Below are positions 7,891 through 14,900 of a DNA stretch of 14,900 nt, piece after piece; within the stretch, counting starts at the first letter, position 1; every line of letters begins with the position of its first letter. Under the pieces are notes generated by a model, which was not told the origin of the DNA, searched no databases, and worked only from the letters and a program-made list of their open reading frames with translations. The position numbers and the translations under genes are program-made. Source of the stretch: Candidatus Methylomirabilota bacterium (GTDB taxonomy: Bacteria > Methylomirabilota > Methylomirabilia > Rokubacteriales > CSP1-6); contig JBKPAK010000170.1 in the NCBI GenBank assembly GCA_046726415.1, positions 1 to 14,900 of the forward strand, given 5' to 3'.

Positions 7891-9381
7891 ATGGAGCCTA
7901 CGCGTCACGTGTTAAGAAGCATGCTCCTGTTGACCCTCATTGGGGGGATGTTCGCCGCGAGCACGCCGGGGCCGGTGCTAGCGCAAGTTGGCCCCAGCTT
8001 GGTCGATCCGAACCTGGCGGTGAGAACAGTCGTGTCAGGTCTCGTCACCCCGACGACGATGGCCTTTCTCGGGTCTACGGATTTCCTGGTCCTTGAGAAG
8101 AACACCGGGCAAGTACGGCGAGTCGTGGATGGGACTATCCACAGTACCGTCTTGGACCTCCCCGTCAACTTTGGTTCGGAGCGTGGCCTGCTGGGTATCG
8201 CCCTCCACCCGGCCTTTCCCGCCAACCCCGGAGTGTATCTCTACTGGACGGAGAGCACTACGGGCGCGGACTCCGATGTTCTGGGCAATGTGCCGATCCT
8301 CGGCAACCGGGTCGACCGGTTCGTCTGGGATGGTTCGACGTTGACCTTCGATCACAATCTCATCAGACTGCGCTCGTTTCAGGCCGATGCTGGTCAGCCC
8401 CTGCGGGGTAACCACAACGGCGGTGTGCTGAAGTTCGGGCCGGATCGGAAGCTCTACATCGTTATCGGTGACAACGGCCGGCGCGGCTGGTTGCAGAACC
8501 TTTTTTGTGGGCCAACGGCGACCTGCCCGGGCCCGACAGTCCGCGACGACCAGTTCGGAGGCCCAGAGCCAGACAACGCGCATCTGACCGGCGTCATCCT
8601 CCGGCTCAACGATGACGGCAGCACTCCGACCGACAACCCCTTCTTCGCCGCCGGTGCCGCCATGGGTGGCGAGGTCGGCGCGAACATCCAGAAGGTCTTC
8701 GCCTACGGGATCCGCAACACCTTCGGCATGGCTTTCGATCCCGTGTCCGGCCAGCTCTGGCTCGAGGAGAACGGAGACGACTCGTTCAGTCAGCTGAGGC
8801 GCATCGAGCCCGGCCAGAATAGCGGGTGGGTTCAGATCCGGGGGCCGGTGTCGCGCATCGCAGAGTACAAAGCCATCGAGACCAGTCCCGGGATGGATCC
8901 ATGTGTTGGGGGAACCTATTTCGGGCTGCAGCAGGTCCGCTGGCCTCCCACGCTCATCGCCGACACGCCCGATGAGGCGCTGTCGCGCCTGTTCATGCTT
9001 CCCGGCGCCAGCTATCGGGACCCGGAGTTCAACTGGAAGTTCGAGGTCGCCCCGGCCGGGATCGGCTTCCTGAAGGGCCGGGCGCTCGGGCCGCAATACG
9101 CCAACGACCTCTTCATGGGCGGCGCCCGAACCTTCCTCGAGGGGGGCCATCTGTTCCACTTCAACCTCACCGGTAACCGAAGGAGGATTGGCGTCGACGA
9201 TGCCAGACTGGAGGATCGGGTGGCCGACAATCTGTGCAAGTTCGACATCACCGAGAGTGAGAGCCTGCTGTTCGGGCGGAACTTCGGCGTCGCCACCGAC
9301 ATCCAGACCGGTCCCAACGGCAACCTGTTCGTGGTCTCGTTATCGGACGGCGCTGTCTACGAGATCTTCCGTCGTCACTAG
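7891..9381 (+). CDS. Exported GSDH-family beta-propeller, paralog 3, divergent subfamily (496 aa)
   Basis: GGAGGTGA RBS and signal peptide ending VLA. Motifs ERGLLGIALHP, GNHNGG..KFGPD.KLYIVIGDNG, GVILRLNDDG..P.DNPF, YGIRNTFGMAFDP, NSGW, TDIQTGPNGNLFVVS. Confidence 0.92.
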   Translation: MEPTRHVLRSMLLLTLIGGMFAASTPGPVLAQVGPSLVDPNLAVRTVVSGLVTPTTMAFLGSTDFLVLEKNTGQVRRVVDGTIHSTVLDLPVNFGSERGLLGIALHPAFPANPGVYLYWTESTTGADSDVLGNVPILGNRVDRFVWDGSTLTFDHNLIRLRSFQADAGQPLRGNHNGGVLKFGPDRKLYIVIGDNGRRGWLQNLFCGPTATCPGPTVRDDQFGGPEPDNAHLTGVILRLNDDGSTPTDNPFFAAGAAMGGEVGANIQKVFAYGIRNTFGMAFDPVSGQLWLEENGDDSFSQLRRIEPGQNSGWVQIRGPVSRIAEYKAIETSPGMDPCVGGTYFGLQQVRWPPTLIADTPDEALSRLFMLPGASYRDPEFNWKFEVAPAGIGFLKGRALGPQYANDLFMGGARTFLEGGHLFHFNLTGNRRRIGVDDARLEDRVADNLCKFDITESESLLFGRNFGVATDIQTGPNGNLFVVSLSDGAVYEIFRRH

Positions 9382-9801
9382 GTCCTCGGCAAGGATGGGC
9401 GGGGCCGAACGGTCACCACCACACACGGCCAGGTGCAGGGCCACAGCGCCATACGTGAGCTTCTGACACCCCTGGCTCAGCGGGGAGGACAAGGACTTGG
9501 TCATGGGACACGCCCTCTGCGACTGGCTCGGCTGGCGGCCGCCCTCGTGAACGAGCTCCTACCGAAGGCCCTGTGCCGCCCATCTCCGCGGTGGAACTCG
9601 GCCCGCGTGACTGTTGTTGACAGACGGGGCTTCGGGTAAAGTGGGGCAAGTTTCGAAGGTCCCGCTCCGTCTGGCACAGGGAGGGGACAATGGCTCCGCG
9701 ACCATGACCGCACCAGATCGATGCTGCCGCGATAACGTTCAGCATCGATGCATCGTGAATCCTCCACCGACTTCTCGCCGAAGCACGTCGCTACTTGAGG
9801 G

Positions 9802-9897
9802 CAAGAAGCCAGCTACGATCCGCAGAAGCCGCTCTCCTTCGAACTGATGACCAACGCCGAGAAATCCGTGTTCAACGTGATCGGCCACGGTGATCAA
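9802..9897 (+). pseudogene. Short remnant resembling a family-5 (peptide/nickel) ABC substrate-binding protein
   Basis: Reads QEASYDPQKPLSFELMTNAEKSVFNVI, then after a frameshift ATVI. Resembles the EAGY....L.F.L........IA..I segment of SBP_bac_5. Short, judged by eye. Confidence 0.4.
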
Positions 9898-9925
9898 CCC
9901 CAAGGTCACCTGAGGAGGGAACCAG

Positions 9926-10468
9926 ATGAGACACTCGACTCTGTCGACGATTTGCCTTGTAGTTCTGCTGTTCCTCGGGTTCGCAGCTCTCTTCGCGATA
10001 GCTGATGATCGTCGCCCGACCAATGCCACCGTAAGCTTTGGCGCGTGGCAAACAGATCCACCGTTCGATAGGTTCCCCAGTAGTTCTCCGGGAGCCCGCA
10101 ACCAGCACCAAGTAATCCCTAAGGAGGTCAGAATAAAGGCAGGTGATGTGGTCAACTTCATTAATAGCGGAACTCATCAGCTCATCGTGTATGACGATGG
10201 GACGAAACCTCGCGACATCGATGCAGATCTGACTATTTTTTCGACGGGCGTGCCTGCGGATACCAGACTGATCGACGATCCTATGAACCGAATCTACAGG
10301 GGACCGGATCCGACCCTGTTCCCACGAGACCGTATTGAAGTCGTGCACTTTCCTAACCCTGGTACCTATCTCGTAATCTGTGGACTCCATGACCATTTTG
10401 TTTTAGATGGTATGTTCGGTTTCGTGAAAGTTCTCCCGGGATCAAAAAGAGAAAAAGACGACGACTAA
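9926..10468 (+). CDS. Exported cupredoxin (type-1 blue copper protein-like), 180 aa
   Basis: GAGGAGG RBS and signal peptide. P.EV.IKAGDVVNF.N..TH and F..PGTYLVIC.L..H....GM.G.V.V provide His/Cys/His/Met ligands. Confidence 0.85.
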   Translation: MRHSTLSTICLVVLLFLGFAALFAIADDRRPTNATVSFGAWQTDPPFDRFPSSSPGARNQHQVIPKEVRIKAGDVVNFINSGTHQLIVYDDGTKPRDIDADLTIFSTGVPADTRLIDDPMNRIYRGPDPTLFPRDRIEVVHFPNPGTYLVICGLHDHFVLDGMFGFVKVLPGSKREKDDD

Positions 10469-10629
10469 AGCAGGTCGGTTGCGCACACCCGGGGCACGCT
10501 CGAGCCTGTTGCGGCCTCGGATTGCTGATGGCGCGATGGCGATCGCCTCGCTTGCGTGTTCGGGCTGGGCATCGGCGGCTCCGCCACAGTGGGAGGTGAT
10601 GCGCCCCATGCCCTGAGCGTCGTCGACGA

Positions 10630-10740
10630 AGGCGAGGAGGGTCTGCCGCCGGCGGTCAAACAACCCGTCATAGCCTTCGTGTTTCAGCTTCCAGCGCAGG
10701 CGGCGAATGCTCCAGGGCTGTGGCCCAGGATGTCCGCGGC
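10630..10740 (-). pseudogene. ISNCY-like transposase N-terminal HTH fragment, frameshifted
   Basis: Minus strand AADILGHSP, frameshift, then SIRRLRWKLKHEGYDGLFDRRRQT. Matches the AA.ILG.S.R..RR.......GYDGL.DRR pattern of HTH plus integrase-core transposases. Confidence 0.7.
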
Positions 10741-10797
10741 GGAAGCGGTCATTTCACGTATCAATCCCGAGCGGCCACATCACGTATTTCCAACAGT

Positions 10798-10893
10798 GCG
10801 TGGCCCCACGGCGCTGACCTGGCCCCGGATGCGGCGTACGATGCGATCGCGGCGGAAAGACGCCGGGTGCTAGACGCATCGACGCTCGGTTAA
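10798..10893 (+). pseudogene. C-terminal remnant of a DUF2442-like protein
   Basis: Reads AWPHGADLAPDAAYDAIAAERRRVLDASTLG*. WP.G.D.AP...Y is the DUF2442 signature. No intact 5' part. Confidence 0.5.
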
Positions 10894-10973
10894 CTCGCCC
10901 AAGCGACACGGCCCGTCACCGCAGGGTATGACGTCTCCCCGCCGATCGGGCGCGGCCCGGTCGCGAGGACGGA

Positions 10974-10981
10974 GGTTGAGG
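10974..10981. repeat. IS66 target-site duplication, left copy (GGTTGAGG)
   Basis: Immediately precedes GTAAG at 10982 and is identical to 13613-13620. Eight bp is the established IS66 TSD length. Confidence 0.93.
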
Positions 10982-11026
10982 GTAAGTTCTCGCCCTTCCC
11001 CGTCTGGCGGGTGACCGGCCCGGCAG
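10982..11026 (+). repeat. IS66 left inverted repeat
   Basis: GTAAGTTCTCGCCCTTCCCCGTCTGG... matches the reverse complement of the right end at 24/26 and 38/45 positions. Confidence 0.93.
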
Positions 11027-11059
11027 GGCATCGTTGCGCTAGCAGGAGGAGGTGCAACG

Positions 11060-11412
11060 ATGGACAGTGCGATTCGTCACTTCCGCCCGCAGGTACGCCG
11101 GCTCGCCAAGGGGCGATCGCCGCGTAGCGTTCGGTATCCCGTCGCGGTGCGGGAGGCCGCGGTGGCGCTGGGACGCTCGCGACTGGGCCGAGGCCACTCC
11201 GTCCACCGCATCGCCCACGAGCTGGGGATTTCGGAACCGACGTTGGCCGGATGGCTTCGCCCCGGAGGGCCAGCCATGCTCCGGCCGGTCACCGTCGCCC
11301 CCGATCCGGAGCCGCGGCGCGTCGTGGGATTGTGTTGATCGCCGCCCACGGGGTGCGCGTCGAGGGGCTGGATCGCGAGACGCTCATCGCCGTGCTCCGC
11401 GCCTTGGCGTGA
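11060..11412 (+). pseudogene. tnpA: IS66 TnpA (HTH accessory protein), frameshifted near 11300-11330
   Basis: AGGAGGAGG RBS. RYP..VRE.AV and IAHELGISEPTLAGW HTH. The typical C-terminus VLIAAHGVRVEGLDRETLIAVLRALA* is in another frame and ends at 11412, overlapping the tnpB GTG. Confidence 0.8.
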
Positions 11413-11807
11413 TCGGCTCGACCCGGCAGGTGGCGGTCTGGGCCTACGGCGCCCCCGCGGATCTGCGGAAAGGGTTCGACGGGCTGAGCGCCCTGGTGAC
11501 GCAGGCCCTCGAACGGGATCCCCTCTCGGGGGATTGCTATCTCTTCGTGAACGCCACGCGCAAACGCGCCAAGGTGCTGCTGTGGGACGGCACCGGCCTG
11601 TGCATCTACGCCAAACGCCTGGAGCAGGGCCGCTTCGCGTGCCTGTGGCGGGAGGCGGGAGCCCGGGATGTGCGGCTGACCATGAGCGAGCTGCAACTCT
11701 TCCTCGAAGGCAGCGCCCTCGTCGGCCGCGTGGCGCTGTCGCCGGCGCCGTTCGTCGTCGGGCGCACGCAGAAAGAAACTTGCGGCGCGGCGAGCGCCGA
11801 TGATCTA
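11409..11807 (+). CDS. tnpB: IS66 TnpB accessory protein (no in-frame stop; reads through into tnpC)
   Basis: DLRKGFDGL, DPLSG...LF.N, KVLLWDGTGLCIYAKRLEQGRF. GTG start overlaps the tnpA stop (GTGA). Confidence 0.9.
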
Positions 11808-12401
11808 GTGCCTCCCGTGCGTAGCGTCGAGGAGGTCCGCGACCCCGAGATGTTGCGGCAGGTCGCCGTCCTCCTCGAACGCGAGAATGCGCAGCTGCAC
11901 GCCAAGCTGCACGAGCTCGCCAACGAACTGGCCCGCCTCCGGGGTGACACGCGGTCCACCGCGCAGCAGGAACTGGCCTTCCTGAAGGAACTGCTGGCGC
12001 AGCGCGAGCGCGCACTGTTCGGCGCCTCGTCTGAGCAACGGCCGCGGCCCGAGAGCCCCGGGCCCATGCCGGCCCCCGAACTGCGTCGGGGCCATGGCCC
12101 GACCGCCCAGCCCCGGCTGCCGATCATCGAGCGGGTCCACGCGCTCGACCCCGCGGACCGCACGTGCCCGCAGTGCGGGCGGCTGCTGCAGGAAATGAAG
12201 GGACAGACGGAGGACAGCGAAGAGATCACCGTCGTCGAGCGGCAGTTCGTGCTCGTCCAGCACCGGCGGCAGAAGTACCGCTGCGCGTGCAACGGCTGCG
12301 TGGACACGGCGCCGGGGCCGTTGCGGCTCGCGGCCCGGCCCGATGCGCGGGGGTATCGCTACGCCCCGGCCTTCGCCGTGGAGGTCGCCCTCGACAAGTA
12401 G
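11808..12401 (+). pseudogene. tnpC: IS66 TnpC transposase, N-terminal part only (leucine zipper and zinc finger)
   Basis: Coiled coil ending LFGASSEQ, then CPQCG...KYRCACNGC zinc finger. Stops at VALDK*, where KY..HLPL and the DDE core would follow. Confidence 0.9.
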
Positions 12402-12567
12402 GTTGAGAGCGATCCGCGTCTGCGACCGCGGGCTGATGCGCTGCGGGCTGCAGCCTTTCAGCTCGTCGTGCTCGGCAGGTCGAGGCGATCCTCGCAGTCG
12501 GTGCGTCGGAGACCCCCAATGCTGACGATCTCGAGCTACAAGGTGCCGCGCTCGATCTCCCTCGCCG

Positions 12568-13461
12568 TCAGTCGAGAAATCGGTCGAACCACCCGAGCAC
12601 GCGCCGGTAGGCCTCCGCGGCTGCGGCGACGTTGTAGCGGACGCCGGTGTCGTTAAAGAACGCGTGGTCCGCCGCCGTGAAGGTGAGGATCTGGTGGCGG
12701 AGGTGGGCAGCGTCCAGCGCAGCCTCGGCGGCGGGGCGGGTGGCGTTCACCCGAGTGTCGAGTCCTCCGTAGACGGCCAGCACCGCCGCCTTCGCTCCGC
12801 TCAGATCGCCCCCGGAAGGGAACGGTCCGTAGAACGGCGCCGCTGCAGCCAGCCGCCGCTCGCCCGCGGCCAGCAGCCGCCACACCATGCCGCCGCCGAA
12901 GCAGAAGCCAATGGCGCCGATGCGAGCGCGGGGCAGCCGGGTCTCTAGCTCGGTGACGGCTGCCATCATGTCGGCGTCGAAACGTTCCGGCGGGATCGCG
13001 GCCAGCGCCGCAGCCACGGCGGCCTCGTCCGGGAACGACCCGGTGCCGCCTTCTTGCGACAACAGATCGAGCGCGAGGGCGGAGTACCCGCTCGCCGCGA
13101 ACCGGCCGGCAACCGATCGGATGTGGTCATTGAGGCCGCGGTTCTCGTGCACGACGAGGACGCCGCCCAGTGGTCGAGGCTCGGCAGCCGGTGCCCACGC
13201 GGCCATCAGGGTACCGTTCGGGCCGGGGAAGGTGATGTCCTCGGTGGGCATGGGCGCCCAGTCGACGGCCGTTCCGTCGTGGCGCTGCGAACCCGCTGGG
13301 GCCACGGCCGCCGCATTCGCGGTTTCGGCCAACAATGCCGACGCGGCTGCCGCACTCAGGCCGAGCAGCCCGAGGCGCCGTACCGCCTCTCGGCGGGAGA
13401 TGATCCCATCGGCGTGGTCAACCGCGATTTCCTCGGCGATGTACCGCTGGTACTCAGTCAT
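12568..13461 (-). CDS. Dienelactone hydrolase family protein (YghX-like) with twin-arginine-like leader, 297 aa
   Basis: VVHENRGLN, GFCFGGG (Cys nucleophile), YGGLD.RVN, HAFFND. Leader SRREAVRRLGLLGLSAAAASALLA. AAGGGGG RBS. Confidence 0.93.
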   Translation of the reverse strand: MTEYQRYIAEEIAVDHADGIISRREAVRRLGLLGLSAAAASALLAETANAAAVAPAGSQRHDGTAVDWAPMPTEDITFPGPNGTLMAAWAPAAEPRPLGGVLVVHENRGLNDHIRSVAGRFAASGYSALALDLLSQEGGTGSFPDEAAVAAALAAIPPERFDADMMAAVTELETRLPRARIGAIGFCFGGGMVWRLLAAGERRLAAAAPFYGPFPSGGDLSGAKAAVLAVYGGLDTRVNATRPAAEAALDAAHLRHQILTFTAADHAFFNDTGVRYNVAAAAEAYRRVLGWFDRFLD

Positions 13462-13554
13462 AGGCTGATCCCCCTTAGCGTTCGCGCCAGCGTGCTCGTC
13501 TACGGGAGGCCGCGCTAATCTTTGCCAGAATTCTTCTCCATTTTCCTAAGTATT

Positions 13555-13583
13555 ATTATCACGCAATCTGCCAGCCGGGTCAG
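13555..13583 (-). promoter_or_regulatory. Possible sigma70-type promoter for the passenger gene, with -35 inside the IS right end
   Basis: Minus strand CTGACC-17 nt-GATAAT, followed by an AT-rich tract (about 13515-13560). Motif match only. Confidence 0.3.
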
Positions 13584-13612
13584 CCACCAGACGGGGAACG
13601 GCGAGTACTTAC
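13568..13612 (-). repeat. IS66 right inverted repeat
   Basis: ...CCAGACGGGGAACGGCGAGTACTTAC; the reverse complement begins GTAAGTACTCGCCGTTCCCCGTCTGG. Confidence 0.93.
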
Positions 13613-13620
13613 GGTTGAGG
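13613..13620. repeat. IS66 target-site duplication, right copy (GGTTGAGG)
   Basis: Immediately follows CTTAC and is identical to 10974-10981. Confidence 0.93.
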
Positions 13621-14085
13621 CTCGCCGGGCCAGAGGATGCATGACGTCGATCGCCCAACCCAGATCCAGGCGCTCGCCGACCCACCCGGGGATCGCCGTC
13701 CGAGCGTCCAGGCGAAGCCCCTGCGCGGCGTGGTGCGCTCGGAGAGCGTTGACGGGATCAGCGGGCACTGCGACCGGCGGCGGCACCTCGAGCAGGGGAC
13801 GGCCGTCCGGCCGCCGGAACTTTAGGGCACCGTCGGGCCCGCGAGCGACCTGGTAGCCCTCTTCGTGTACCGCGCGATGGTGCCGGCGACAGAGGAGCGC
13901 GAGGTTCGAGAGGGTCGTCGGGCCGCCCTGCGCCCAGTGACGGAGGTGGTGTCCCTGAGTGAAGCGGCTGCCGCAGCCCGGGAAGCGGCAGTGGCGATCC
14001 CGGTGGTGGAGCGCTCGCCGCAAAGCGGGGGAAATCGTCCGCGTCCGGGCCCCGACCTCGAGCAGGCGCCCGTCCGGGTCATGGC
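13613..14085 (-). pseudogene. DUF222-type HNH endonuclease, C-terminal fragment (5'-truncated, 3' end interrupted by IS66)
   Basis: VGARTRTISPALRRAL..RD..CRFPGC......HHLRHWAQGGPTTLSNLALLCRRHHRAVHEEG. No credible start; similarity stops upstream of HDPDG. Confidence 0.88.
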
Positions 14086-14089
14086 AGTC

Positions 14090-14420
14090 CCATGCCGCGG
14101 ATCTCCTCGACCAGCTGCGCCGCAATTTCAGCGCCAACCTGACGGCCGGTCGCGATCTGCGCGACGGTTTTGGCGAACGACAGGCTGCCCGAACCCTCAA
14201 CAAGCGGCAGGTGGATGCGTTGGGGGACCCGGCAAATCGCGACGCGATACTGAGAATCCGGAAGTGGCTCGATCCGGAAGGTACGTCGGACGACGACCTC
14301 GCATTCCACGCGGCTCAGACGTTGCTGAAAATCGATGCGACCGATCCGGAGATTGTTGCCGCGTGTATTGACGCAGAAGCGCGCGATGCGGTCATCGAAG
14401 CGTTCGACCATCACGATTAA
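14090..14420 (+). pseudogene. Possible 3' fragment of an alpha-helical (HEAT-repeat-like) protein
   Basis: ALGDPANRDAILRIRKWLD and DDDLAFHAAQTLLKID look like HEAT units. No start is visible, and the upstream frame is the shadow of the HNH gene. Confidence 0.3.
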
Positions 14421-14685
14421 ACCGCGTTCCAAGTTCCTACGCGTCTCGTCGCGGCACGATTCGGGAGCGTGCCGATCCGGCAGCACGCCGTGGCCTCGGT
14501 CCGCGGTTCGAGCTGCGTCGTCGTCGCGCGGGACGCACTGGGACTCGAACTTCCCGCGGCCGCGAGACCGCACGCAGCCGGTGGTGAAGCTCACTGACGA
14601 CCCTGACGGTCTTGGCGTTGAGCGCGGCAGAGCGCGCCGTAGTGCCGTGCTGCGCATGATTGTGATCGCCGCCTCCACTTGGCCT

Positions 14686-14900
14686 TGTCCCGGTCAAGAA
14701 CTCGACGCGGCATGCTTGTAGTTAGAATTGGGCGAGAGCCTTCATCCCTCACGACCGGAAGCTGTGATGATCCTCGTTTTCGGTGTCTGGCCTTCGTGCG
14801 TCAATTCGGCCGCTGTCTCGCTGGAGAATGTCGCCCTTCGGCATCAACTGGCGGTGCTCTGATTCGCAGGTGCCCGTCCGGACGGCTCGTCGGCCGCGAG
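14686..14900 (+). mobile_element. Remnant of an integrase-core (IS481/IS3-like) transposase element: possible left end and broken N-terminus
   Basis: 14767-14862 reads MILVFG..SAAVSLENVALRHQLAVL*, the ENxALRxQLxVL signature, with a premature stop. TGTCCCGGTCAAGAACTC at 14686 is a candidate end. Confidence 0.6.

Larger units (their letters stand above)
10982..13612 (+). mobile_element. IS66-family element (2631 bp), non-autonomous, carrying a hydrolase passenger gene
   Basis: Both terminal IRs, a perfect 8-bp TSD, tnpA-tnpB-tnpC' order, and tnpC cut before the DDE core. Confidence 0.93.

Noticed and set aside
5692-9159. Long minus-strand ORFs 5692-7113 and 8035-9159
   Set aside because: Antisense shadows of GSDH paralogs 2 and 3, with no motifs.
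11052-11408. First 119 codons of the 449-aa ORF
   Set aside because: Out-of-frame overlap of tnpA; tnpB begins at GTG 11409.
11409-11807. 'TnpB' as an RNA-guided nuclease
   Set aside because: IS66 TnpB is an unrelated small accessory protein with no RuvC motifs.
13613-14203. HNH as a defence or IscB/Cas9-like nuclease
   Set aside because: It is a truncated DUF222-type HNH with no RuvC and no associated array. The ORF start at 14203 runs through unrelated sequence.
14421-14685. ORFs 14335-14721, 14437-14697 and 14079-14678
   Set aside because: Arg/Ala/Pro-rich, no recognisable motif or convincing start.

Overview
GC-rich (about 65% in hand-counted sample lines) bacterial accessory region with two main components. 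(1) Positions ~1-10.5 kb hold a cluster of exported proteins: three paralogous GSDH-family (PQQ-dependent sugar dehydrogenase/HHIP-like) beta-propellers, an alpha/beta serine hydrolase, a stand-alone CHRD protein, a type-1 copper cupredoxin and a decayed lipoprotein. Together they look like an uncharacterised extracytoplasmic redox module (inference). (2) Positions 10982-13612 form a fully delimited IS66-family element, with both terminal inverted repeats and a perfect 8-bp target duplication (GGTTGAGG). Its tnpC catalytic core is replaced by an intact dienelactone-hydrolase-family passenger gene, and it is inserted in the 3' end of an HNH endonuclease remnant. The spacers contain small remnants of IS1380, IS21, ISNCY and IS481/IS3-like transposases and of other genes. 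No rRNA, tRNA or CRISPR array was seen. All family calls come from motif recognition by eye; no database search was run.
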